IMG/VR virus record: IMGVR_UViG_3300034152_000748 | Location: 1 to 59,666 of that record | Length of the DNA: 59,666 nucleotides | From: a virus | Taxonomy: Duplodnaviria > Caudoviricetes | Direction: 5' to 3' (one strand) | Shown: positions 45,223 to 54,064 of the stretch, in pieces | Position numbering within the stretch: the first letter of the stretch is position 1 | Layout: each line of letters opens with the position of its first letter | The notes under the pieces: generated by a model | Told to the model about the DNA's origin: nothing | Database searches by the model: none | The model's input: only the letters and a program-made list of their open reading frames with translations | Translations under genes and position numbers: made by a program

Positions 45223-48200
45223 TTAGGCGTTCCTTCTAACTTTAAAATCTCCAGTGATGTTACCAATGGTAAGATCTCCCTTAACAACGTACAAATCGTT
45301 GGTTGATCTAAACCCAAAGGTCTGGGTCATGTTAGTACCCAAATCCAACGTAGCGCCTTCATCAGTGATCTTCAAATGCTCCACGATGATTGTTTTAAGA
45401 GCGTGCTCCGTCTCACCGGCAGAAGCGTAAGTGCCCTTCACCCCATCAAGAAAATAACTCTGACCAATCAAATCAGTGTTGGTGTGAAGCGTTCTGCTGT
45501 CTCCAGTTCCACCTGCTTCTTCATCAGTCTGCGCGTACACCTTAACAACCAACTTATTGTCTTCAGCAGTCATCAAATCAGCCAAATCAATGTCATCCAA
45601 AGTGTCGGCGTTGTACGCTGTAAGTTGGTTGGCAACCCTAGACCAGTTTTCAAGGTCGCCCATTGTGGAATCCACAGTTACGGTTATGGGTATAGGCAAG
45701 GTAAGCGGTCTATCATAAGGAGACAAGTGACCCAACTCAAGCAAGGCCTCACGGGTCAAATCACAAGTAATTGTGACTCCCGTCAATCTCCAAGCAATGT
45801 CCCAAGAAGCGTCAGTAGGACCAACAATGTACGCTTCAACTTGACCCTGTCTAATGGCACCAATGGTGTCCGGCCTGTCAACGTCGTCAAGGGCGGTAAA
45901 ATACGCATTGGACGTTCCAGTACCGTAACCGTCAGCGCAGTAAACCACCTGGATTATATCTCCAGCAGCAAGAGAAATGCCTTCCACAGAAGTGGGCAAA
46001 TGAAGTCTGTGCTGCGCTCCAGGTGCAGAATAGGTAAACTGATCAGCGGCTCCGCCGGCACCTGTCTCTACTTTAACATTCACCATCTCATTTCGCGTCA
46101 AATCAAACCAAGTGGCGGCAGGCAATCCATCAGAATCTTTTCTAAGAAAACCTCGCTTGCCAGTTGACAGCGTTGGAATGGTGTAAGTAATGGCCAGCGT
46201 TAAATCAACGTAACCATTAGCCACATCCGCGCCAGTAAGAGTGTAAGAGTCATAATTGACAAACCTACCGTCATTCAACAGCCACATCTTGTTGTCTGTC
46301 TCACCAGCGTAGTTCTCAGTGGCGTTAGCTCCGGTGGTGTAACTAAATTCAACACTATTGATGAACACCTCGTCCATGAACAAGGTCTGATCAATGTTGT
46401 TGTCCAGAGTTCCAAGAGAACACTCGTCTTGAACTGGAGCCCAAATAGTTACTCCTGGCAAATTGCCACAAACAATGGCGAAATCAGCCAAAGACGCACC
46501 GTGAAGATAAGTGCTGGTAGGGGTTAAATTAGTTCCACTTACCACAACCAAGTTCGCGTTGCTACCACTAGCAGTAGTGTCCATGGTTCTTCGATCTGGT
46601 CTTACTTGCGATAGAACGGCAAAACTTTTTACGTCACCAAATTCGTTAGTATTCAATGTCACCGCGACGGCAGGGCAAATCTGTTACTTTTATGACCTAA
46701 GATTTCTTTTCTTTAGGCGGGCTATTGCGAAATAGCCTCTGTATGTCTCCATACAGTTCGGACTGTACCATCACCCTTTATTTTTAAAGGGGTTCCACAC
46801 CCAGTCTCTGAGGGTGAAGTTTATTAACTTCCTCCCTGCTGATTGTCCCTATCTTTTACATTATTACTCCATTTCTGGTAGTAGTAAAAGCTTAACGGGA
46901 GTTTCCAGCATATCGTGGAATTTTACACGTTAGTTACCTAACGAGGATGCCTTTAATTGACATCATCTACAACGTCGATTCAATCTGTTACTTTCATGAC
47001 CTGAATAATTTCAGGCGGGTTGCTGCGAAGCAACCTCTACATGTCTCCATGTAGTTCAGACTATATCATCATCTCTAAATTTATTTAGAGAGCTTTGCGT
47101 GTAGTCGTTGAGGATCAAGTTTAAAATGGATACATTCTGGTAACACATTCCTTATCATAGAAAGAAAATCTCTCAAACAATCACTTCCAGTAAGTTTTAA
47201 AACGTGTTCGTTTCGTCCATTACATCTATAAGGCATTATATTTATTCTTCCACAAAAAAACTTACTTAAAGCATCTTTTAAAAACTCTTGTTCTTGATAA
47301 CTAAAACTATTAGTACAGATTTTTCCTCCAATAGAGTTAGTCCATTTTTTATCAGAATAAAAAGATCCATCATCAGCTACCCATATTGCTAAAGATAATA
47401 AATTTAACTCATCTATTACCTCTTCAATAATCCCTTTTTTTCCACTACAATAATATTTATAAAAAAAATCAGTAATGTCTGGGTGGCATATTGTGTAACA
47501 AACATATGTGCTAGTACTATGAAATTTACTACCATTTATAACATGTTCTTCATCTTCAGAGGTCTTGTAAATTTTTCTACTAAAAGGATCTAACAACTTC
47601 TTCTTCCATTTTAAATATGGAAGTTGTCTCACACAATGCTTTATATGTAGTTTAGCATTTTTTCCCCTTCTAGGTAATTGAAGACCTCCATCACCCAATA
47701 TAGAACCTAACACAACAGATCTTTGAATATCTGAGAACGGAGTTTCCCTTAACTCATGAAATACAGTTCTATTACTTTCAGGTCTAGGCAGCTTATATTT
47801 ATTAAACCAAGCCCTTACTGTACCATATGGTTTAGATAACTCAGCAGCAACCTTTCCCATAGAACCAAATTCATTCATAAGCGACTCTAACCTTTCCTTA
47901 CTTGGAATTTCATTCTTATCCATTTTAACCTCTTTCCTGCCGATTGTCCATATCTTATACATCTTTACTTCCTATTGTAGGTTAAGTAGTATAAGCTTAG
48001 CTGGATGTTCCGGCATACAGCAAAGTTTTTATTCTACTAGTCGCCTAGTAGAGGATACAATTTGACCTCATATCCTGGTGACCTAGCTCAAATCATCCTG
48101 TTACTTTAATAACCTCAGCTTAACCTGTTAGGCGGGGAAGCTCTTCGGCGTTCCCTCTCACTGTTTCCAGTGAGTTCAGACTATATCATCATCCCGATTT

Positions 48201-48480
48201 AGGGAGCCTGGCGTATAGTCGTTGAGGAACCCATTAAAGGTTTCCTGCTGATTGCCCTTATTTTCCACATTATCACTCCATTTCTGGTAGTAGTAGAAAC
48301 TTAACAGGGTTTTCCAGCATATAGCCAGGTTTTTACCAATTTGTTGCCAAAAAGGTGACACATTTAAACTATGTCTTCGCTAGTAAATGTAGTAGTGGAC
48401 CCTAGTGTCTGGACTCTATAAAGAACCTCACCATTAACCCACACACTCTGGCTGGCATAAATTATTCTATTTCTTGCCAT
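45223..48480 (-). CDS. Major tail tube-like protein, spliced from four exons (48371-48480, 48070-48093, 46960-46980, 45223-46675), 535 aa
   Basis: AGGAGG RBS and ATG at 48480; joined exons total 1608 nt with no internal stop and read MARNRIIYASQSVWVNGEVLYRVQTLGSTTTFTSEDI-FELGHQDI-IDVVDDV-PAVAVTLNTNEFG..., in frame with ORF 45223-46662. Confidence 0.85.
46676..46959 (-). ncRNA. Group I intron 3 (284 nt, no ORF)
   Basis: P1 GAUGU/GCAUC with U.G at the splice site; P ATGCTGGAAA, Q GACAATCAGCAGG, R CTCAGAGACT, S GATGGTACAGTCC; terminal G at 46676. Confidence 0.9.
46981..48069 (-). ncRNA. Group I intron 2 (1089 nt) carrying a homing endonuclease gene
   Basis: P1 GGAUAU/GUAUCC with U.G; P ATGCCGGAA, Q GACAATCGGCAGG, R CTCAACGACTACACG, S GATGATATAGTCT; terminal G at 46981. 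Confidence 0.9.
47081..47923 (-). CDS. Intron-encoded two-motif LAGLIDADG homing endonuclease with N-terminal HTH
   Basis: VLGSILGDGG and LAIWVADDGS motifs, KICTNSFS; start re-called at ATG 47923 (GAGG RBS; ORF open to 47962). Confidence 0.9.
   Translation of the reverse strand: MDKNEIPSKERLESLMNEFGSMGKVAAELSKPYGTVRAWFNKYKLPRPESNRTVFHELRETPFSDIQRSVVLGSILGDGGLQLPRRGKNAKLHIKHCVRQLPYLKWKKKLLDPFSRKIYKTSEDEEHVINGSKFHSTSTYVCYTICHPDITDFFYKYYCSGKKGIIEEVIDELNLLSLAIWVADDGSFYSDKKWTNSIGGKICTNSFSYQEQEFLKDALSKFFCGRINIMPYRCNGRNEHVLKLTGSDCLRDFLSMIRNVLPECIHFKLDPQRLHAKLSK
48094..48370 (-). ncRNA. Group I intron 1 (277 nt, no ORF)
   Basis: P1 GACAU/GUGUC with U.G; 9-bp P10 AGUUUAAAU with exon-2 start AUUUGAGCU; P ATGCTGGAAA, Q GGCAATCAGCAGG, R CTCAACGACTATACG, S GATGATATAGTCT; terminal G at 48094. 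Confidence 0.92.
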
Positions 48481-48632
48481 TTTTTATTCCTCCTAAGTTA
48501 TTTATTCCCAATCATTAAAACAACTTAACTCATTGAAAAACATCATAACATAGGTTGGTATTGTTTGTTTCAACTCCTCTTGCGGCTGCCAAATTGAGGC
48601 GATTTGACAACTACAAGTCCTTTTCCTTTTAT

Positions 48633-48655
48633 CCTCCTATTATAAAGAGGTTAGT
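48633..48655 (-). promoter_or_regulatory. Candidate phage promoter motif upstream of the tail tube gene
   Basis: Minus strand ACTAACCTCTTTATAATAGGAGG, about 150 nt upstream of ATG 48480. Confidence 0.4.
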
Positions 48656-50247
48656 TTATTGTTTGTCTTGTCAAATTTCGCGTTTCCACAGTCCCAAATT
48701 CTTGACCAACCCTGGGACTTTTTAATTCCCCACTCATCCAAACAAACCGAACCGTCTTCTTTTTTTCTAAAATTAAGCCAGCGAACCCTTTTTTGGTTCT
48801 TGACGTACCAACAATTCGGTCCGGTAAAACCAACTAACAAAAAATTCAACTTGTCGTGTTCGTCTCCTGACGACCATCGTCTGTCAACGTAACTTCGCAC
48901 GCGCCTCCATTTGTAATTGTTTTCAAAATGTTTCAACAACTTGTAAGCTCCTCCAACAACCATGAAATTTGTTTTTGAACAAAACCTGTGGAGCTTCCAA
49001 TCAAGCTTTCTATCAAAATCCGTCTCATTTTCCATGGTCTGTTTTGAAAAAGTCATTGCGCTGACCAACTCATTTTCATGGAACAAACCGATTTTTACGG
49101 CGGCGTTGATTCCATATCCTTGCAAATGATTGTCGTTGCAAAACTTTTCAGCAACTCCGTCAGTTATTTCCTCTACATGACACTTTTCTGCGAGCACTTT
49201 CTCGCCTTTTTCCACGTTCAACAATTTCCTCAATCTTGATTTGACCACTTTTTTGTTGAAAACCCATTCGTCTTCAAACACGGTTATCAATCTGTACCCA
49301 ACTGAATTACACAAATTCAATTTGTCCAGGTGATATGTTTTGTTTTTGCCCGCCCGATCCGAATGCCAATACAACCCACAATATTCTATTGCAAGATTTG
49401 ACTCTGGAATCACAACGTCAAGCTCGTATGGTTTTATCAAATTCCTGTCACGCTCTATAATCTCACGTCCACAATCCAGTTTTAAAAATTCTATGATCTC
49501 TCTCTCCTGACAAGAAGAACCCCACTCAGTGCATTCAACGCAACGAGAATTGTTGTTGCTCCAATTGTTCCAAGTAACAAAACAGTCGTGTCCGTTTGGA
49601 CAAACCGCATGCAGTTTTTGATTGTGATTGGAGTATTCTGAAGACATTAATGAATAACCTTCTTTGGACAATTCCTTTCCAATGAATTCAATGTCTTTCT
49701 TCATGTTTGGGGAGCACTCTGGACATCTGTGCCCTGCGTTCCAATTTCTCCAACTAACGCTGTGTTCGTGTCCATTAGGACAAACGTAATTCAATTTTTT
49801 GGAACTGTTGACATACCGTCTGTCCAACAACTCATAACCCTCTTTCGCGAAAGAATTTTTAACTGAATCCAAATCAATGACTGGCTTTCCGGCACAATAT
49901 GGGCATCCGTGCCCTCTTTTAAAATGATCCCATCGTATGGAGTGTTTATGCCCATTTGGACAAAGGTAAACCAACTTCTTCCTGTTTTTGTAATTTTTTG
50001 ACAATAATTTATAGCCGCGCTTTGAAAACTCTCTCTCAATAAAAACAATGTCGAGCCTGTTCTTTCCAGATTCGCACAAACATCTTCTTCCAGCCATCCA
50101 TTTGTCAAAACTAATTTTGCATTCATGTCCATTTGGACAAATTAAAGTCAACTTAGCTCGAGCGTTACAGTATTCTTTGTCGATTAAAACGTAACCTTCG
50201 TCTTCTATGTACTTCCTCACATCTTCTACCGTACGTCTTCTGCCCAT
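48640..50247 (-). CDS. Free-standing endonuclease (Hef-like): four CPNGH zinc-ribbon repeats + PD-(D/E)XK/Vsr-like domain + C-terminal domain
   Basis: Four CPNGH...C(P)xC repeats about 60 aa apart; YELDVVIPESNLAIEYCGLYWHS...ITVFEDEW; NHLQG, RFC, YVDRRWS, RIWDCG. Confidence 0.75.
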   Translation of the reverse strand: MGRRRTVEDVRKYIEDEGYVLIDKEYCNARAKLTLICPNGHECKISFDKWMAGRRCLCESGKNRLDIVFIEREFSKRGYKLLSKNYKNRKKLVYLCPNGHKHSIRWDHFKRGHGCPYCAGKPVIDLDSVKNSFAKEGYELLDRRYVNSSKKLNYVCPNGHEHSVSWRNWNAGHRCPECSPNMKKDIEFIGKELSKEGYSLMSSEYSNHNQKLHAVCPNGHDCFVTWNNWSNNNSRCVECTEWGSSCQEREIIEFLKLDCGREIIERDRNLIKPYELDVVIPESNLAIEYCGLYWHSDRAGKNKTYHLDKLNLCNSVGYRLITVFEDEWVFNKKVVKSRLRKLLNVEKGEKVLAEKCHVEEITDGVAEKFCNDNHLQGYGINAAVKIGLFHENELVSAMTFSKQTMENETDFDRKLDWKLHRFCSKTNFMVVGGAYKLLKHFENNYKWRRVRSYVDRRWSSGDEHDKLNFLLVGFTGPNCWYVKNQKRVRWLNFRKKEDGSVCLDEWGIKKSQGWSRIWDCGNAKFDKTNNKLTSL

Positions 50248-50285
50248 ATCTTCCTTCCCGGTTTCAAATCAATGAAAACCACAAC

Positions 50286-51167
50286 CTAATAACTTGTGTA
50301 ACTCACTAAATTAAAAGACACTCTAGCCCTATACGCATTTAAATCGGAAAGCATTATCTCATTTGTTCCCCTCGACATCAACGCTGGCAAGTTCACTGTT
50401 CTTGCGCTCACGTTTTCAAACGCCAGCTTGCTAACCCCATTGACAACGGAACGATCAAACAAAGTCTCGTCTTTGTTAGGGTTGTTTCTCCTACCGTAAA
50501 AAGTTCCGTCATAATCCAACGGAGTCCCATTTGGAAAGCTGTGCAACAAACAGCTTTTTTCATACAACCCATCATAAATGGTTTCCATTAAATCATTTCT
50601 CTCAGCCGTGTCAGAAGCAAATACGTGTATGTTTACTTTTCTAATTATTTTCTTCCCCCCGCCAAGCTGATACCCAATCTTGTCCGTGGCATTCATGTCT
50701 ATAACAACCACAGGAGGACTTGCGGCCTCCAACACAGACCATTCATCAACCAAGCTAACGTAATGCCAGTAATAATCCACATAGGCAGGAGAACAAGTTC
50801 CGTCAGTGACTATCCTTCCATCTATGTAATCTATCATGTATTGATTTTCATTCACTACATTTAAGTTGTTGTCATAAACCGTGACTCTATTGGACTGTTC
50901 TCTAACAGGCAAATCCCCAACACAATAATTATTAGTGCCTGATATAGTGTCAAAACACACCCAACCTCTTCCTCTTTCAGTGGGGCTGGGAATCATGTTA
51001 GAAAGAGCTTCGTAAACGTAACTACCGCAAGAAGGATCCGACACTCCCTCTAAATAATCCAACGACACCTGTTCCTCCAGTTCTATGAAATCTGCCAGCA
51101 CAAAATCACGCATGTACATGAACACGCTAAGATCTTCTTTTCTCAAACTTTTCATTTCATAGCTCAT
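50286..51167 (-). CDS. Tail completion/terminator-like protein
   Basis: PPVVVID...YQLGGG...VNIHVFASDTAERNDLMETIYDGL; position just upstream of the tube gene. Confidence 0.55.
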   Translation of the reverse strand: MSYEMKSLRKEDLSVFMYMRDFVLADFIELEEQVSLDYLEGVSDPSCGSYVYEALSNMIPSPTERGRGWVCFDTISGTNNYCVGDLPVREQSNRVTVYDNNLNVVNENQYMIDYIDGRIVTDGTCSPAYVDYYWHYVSLVDEWSVLEAASPPVVVIDMNATDKIGYQLGGGKKIIRKVNIHVFASDTAERNDLMETIYDGLYEKSCLLHSFPNGTPLDYDGTFYGRRNNPNKDETLFDRSVVNGVSKLAFENVSARTVNLPALMSRGTNEIMLSDLNAYRARVSFNLVSYTSY

Positions 51168-51721
51168 TATATGTCACTTCTCCAAATGGAACATGTGTAA
51201 AAATTTGTGTTCACTAAGTAGTCGTCTTCAAAATCATCTGGTTCCACAGAAAACCATTTCAACGCGTTGAATTCTATTTTGCAAATCACGTAATATGACC
51301 AAGACACAAACGTCGAACAAATGTGTCTCCTGCAATGCCCAGTCAGTCTTGTGAATCTGTTTGTGCCAAACGCTTGATCAAACAATTGAGCAAACAGACG
51401 GATGTAACCATAACTCTGGCCTAAACATTTCCTTGCTTTATTAACTATTAACTCTCTCTGGCCGTCAGTTAAATCGGTTCTTCTCAAAATCATGTAAGAG
51501 TTACAGTTAGTTAATTTATCCAACAGATCTATTTCCCTTATTTCTCCAGGAAAACCTCCTGCCTCTATGCCAATTCTTTCATCGCAAGCCATCAACGCGT
51601 GGCTGAAATAAACCTCGTCTTTTTGAAACAAATTTAAAACCCACTTGATTGCCCTGCCAATCAACCACCTTGAATCGTGAACCAAAATTATGTCCGCCGG
51701 TTTAAATTTCCAGTTAATCAT
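51167..51721 (-). CDS. Permuted papain-like (YiiX/NlpC-P60) amidase
   Basis: KPADIILV, YFSHALM (His), LGQSYG, ICSTFVSWSY (Cys), PDD in the permuted order. Confidence 0.75.
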   Translation of the reverse strand: MINWKFKPADIILVHDSRWLIGRAIKWVLNLFQKDEVYFSHALMACDERIGIEAGGFPGEIREIDLLDKLTNCNSYMILRRTDLTDGQRELIVNKARKCLGQSYGYIRLFAQLFDQAFGTNRFTRLTGHCRRHICSTFVSWSYYVICKIEFNALKWFSVEPDDFEDDYLVNTNFYTCSIWRSDI

Positions 51722-51724
51722 GAA

Positions 51725-52333
51725 TTATCCATTACTTATCTTATTTAAACATGAATCAGAAGCCTCATCTATCCATTCATCCAAATTGTCCTCAACAAAT
51801 TTTTCAGCTTCGCTAAATATGTCCTTGGGAGAAGAGTTGGAAAATTCAAATATTCTGAACTTTTTTCCCAATCTATTTTCCCAAAGACGTATTTCGTCCG
51901 TCAACATCAATAAATACGGTTTTCTATCAGTTGTCTCTTGACGATCTACAACGTCTGAAGCAAACATTACGTTGTAATATTTGCTGCTAACCTCAACGTG
52001 AGTTCCAACAATTCCTTCTAAAACAGTTTGTATAAATTCAAGATCTCCAGAAAAATCAAAATTTTCCATGTCAGGACAGCTAAACGTCACAACTCTGCCC
52101 CGATCTTTTACAAAATCAAAAGATTTCAATCTGTCATAAAACTCAGACATGAAATGTTCCGGAGCCAATTCACTGCTAACCGTAACCACTCCGTTCAGCT
52201 GAGAATTGTATTCATCCATAATAATGTCTATGACTCTTGGAACTATTTTGTTCTCCAACAATTTTACCAAAGAATTGCGAATTTCAAACTTAACATCTCT
52301 TTTCAGTCTCTCTTTTCTTGGATCTATAATCAT
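51725..52333 (-). CDS. Hypothetical, probable neck/connector protein
   Basis: ATGA overlap with the upstream gene; position in the head-tail joining block. Confidence 0.5.
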   Translation of the reverse strand: MIIDPRKERLKRDVKFEIRNSLVKLLENKIVPRVIDIIMDEYNSQLNGVVTVSSELAPEHFMSEFYDRLKSFDFVKDRGRVVTFSCPDMENFDFSGDLEFIQTVLEGIVGTHVEVSSKYYNVMFASDVVDRQETTDRKPYLLMLTDEIRLWENRLGKKFRIFEFSNSSPKDIFSEAEKFVEDNLDEWIDEASDSCLNKISNG

Positions 52334-52929
52334 CTGTAATCTTTAACAACCTCCCCGCTGCTGGCGGATGGTTTGTCAGCTGTGAAAGCATCCACGATCA
52401 ACACCGCTTGAACCCCCAACCCCCTCAAAGCTGGAGCCTTGGCCAACTTACATTCCACTCCATCTATTATCATTTTGGAAGAAGCTTTAAACAAATCAAA
52501 ATGTTTTGGATCCGTTTTCAGTCTAACGTCAGTGGAACCCTCTGACCCAGCAGGAGTGTACAAAGACTCGTTTCCATAAGACCTGTTGGTTGGGTTCCAA
52601 ATAACCATGCAGTCAACGTTCACTCGGCGATGCGTCTCTATGTAACCCTTGCCGTAACATATCGGGCATCGGCCCTTCAAAAAATACTTGTACCTTGTGG
52701 TGGAATAACCAAGAGCTTCCCACTCTGCCTGCTTAGCCAAAGCTTGAACAGGAGTCCATTTGCACTTTCCGGTGGATCTATCCGTCATCTTGTCATAGTA
52801 ACAATTGTAACATTCGGCTTTTGTTGGCTGCCTGTACACAACCACCTTTCTGCTAAGACTTTTGACAACGTCTTGTATTCTTCTTTTGTGCCTTTCCTTT
52901 GTTTTGACACTTATTCTGTCTCTTACCAT
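52330..52929 (-). CDS. Head-closure/stopper-like protein with Zn-binding insertion
   Basis: CYNC...C...CPICYGKG followed by a beta-barrel-like C-terminus (MIIDGVEC...RGLG). Confidence 0.5.
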   Translation of the reverse strand: MVRDRISVKTKERHKRRIQDVVKSLSRKVVVYRQPTKAECYNCYYDKMTDRSTGKCKWTPVQALAKQAEWEALGYSTTRYKYFLKGRCPICYGKGYIETHRRVNVDCMVIWNPTNRSYGNESLYTPAGSEGSTDVRLKTDPKHFDLFKASSKMIIDGVECKLAKAPALRGLGVQAVLIVDAFTADKPSASSGEVVKDYR

Positions 52930-52944
52930 AACTACCTCTACACA

Positions 52945-53871
52945 TTAGTCGATTAATACTCCCTGAATGTCACTAAACACACTAACCTTTATTGCGTCGT
53001 CCAACATTTTTCTAAGTTTTCCCAATAAATCATCTCTAAATCTAAATCCAGGTTCCTGTGAATAATACGAACCCTCATCTCTAACAATTGCACCATCCTC
53101 TATAGCATCTTCCCAATTCTCCATCATCAGCAAGTCTATGGCTGTTTGTAGCATGTAATGCTGACTTGTAGCCGTTGCAGAGGTCAACGGCGGTGGTGGA
53201 GGGCATGAATCGTACGCCCTCATTATTTCACAATCAGAATGTCTGAATGAATAATACCAAACGTCGAATCCATAAGTGGTTGTTGTTTGATTTGGAGGAC
53301 AGCCAGAAATCACTGTGTAAGTCAAATCAATGTCTTCGTCAAAAGTCAAATACTTATAACCGTGAACTGAAGGATTGTTGCTTGTGTTGTAAGATTGATT
53401 GTTCATGTAAATGCTTACAGGCCATCCTTTGTGATCAAGTTCATAAGTTTTTCCATCCTCATGCACAGAAGAAGAAGCATCCTCCCCAAACTCCCTCCTC
53501 AATGAAAGAGGATCTCCTATGTAAATGCGTATTCTGTCCACCACGCTTTGATCAACGGTTGTGCCATAACAAGGCTCTTCCGGAAACAACGGATCGTAAA
53601 ATAAATCACCCAGTTGTCCAAGAACAGGGGATGACCAGGAACTTCCATAACCAGTGGACGTTGAGTAATATCTTGATCTATACCAATGACTTGAAGTGCC
53701 CGTTGGATCCTGTTCTGTGTATTCTGATTGACCAGAAACCAAAATTATCGGGCCTGCCCCAGAAATAGTTGTGAACGCTCCGGTTTCGGATTCACTTCTT
53801 TGTATTTGTATTTGATTGTAAATCTGCATCACAACCGAAATGTCATTAACTTGTATTGATAATTGAATCAT
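52945..53871 (-). CDS. Head-tail adaptor-like protein with N-terminal FN3-like domain
   Basis: IQRSESETGAFTTI...YTEQDPTGTSSHWYRSRYY...SSWSSPV; VDRIRIYIGD; helical C-terminus. Confidence 0.55.
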   Translation of the reverse strand: MIQLSIQVNDISVVMQIYNQIQIQRSESETGAFTTISGAGPIILVSGQSEYTEQDPTGTSSHWYRSRYYSTSTGYGSSWSSPVLGQLGDLFYDPLFPEEPCYGTTVDQSVVDRIRIYIGDPLSLRREFGEDASSSVHEDGKTYELDHKGWPVSIYMNNQSYNTSNNPSVHGYKYLTFDEDIDLTYTVISGCPPNQTTTTYGFDVWYYSFRHSDCEIMRAYDSCPPPPPLTSATATSQHYMLQTAIDLLMMENWEDAIEDGAIVRDEGSYYSQEPGFRFRDDLLGKLRKMLDDAIKVSVFSDIQGVLID

Positions 53872-53893
53872 ATCAATCTCTCCCTATTTTGTA

Positions 53894-54064
53894 TTAAGAA
53901 TCAGTGTATGCCTTTATCCTGGGGGTTCCCACGTCTATAACTTCAAACGTCATTTCCCCGACTACATCCGCATCTACTTCTGGAACATTAGTAGATACAA
54001 CTATATCCTGTGAATATTCTTCCCACAAATTGTACCCAGCAGAAACAATCAATTTTATATTCAT
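53894..54064 (-). CDS. Small protein missing from the ORF track (56 aa, MNIKLIVSAGYNLW...)
   Basis: TAATG overlap with the upstream stop; open to TAA at 53894; fills the gap. Confidence 0.6.
   Translation of the reverse strand: MNIKLIVSAGYNLWEEYSQDIVVSTNVPEVDADVVGEMTFEVIDVGTPRIKAYTDS

Noticed and set aside
45376-46167. 263-aa plus-strand ORF and the many other plus-strand ORFs in the track
   Set aside because: All are antisense to longer, motif-bearing minus-strand genes and lack recognisable features.
45223-46662. 479-aa ORF with GTG start as a complete gene
   Set aside because: No RBS; it is the last exon of the spliced gene beginning at 48480.
48176-48361. 61-aa ORF
   Set aside because: Lies wholly within the conserved core of group I intron 1 and has no RBS.
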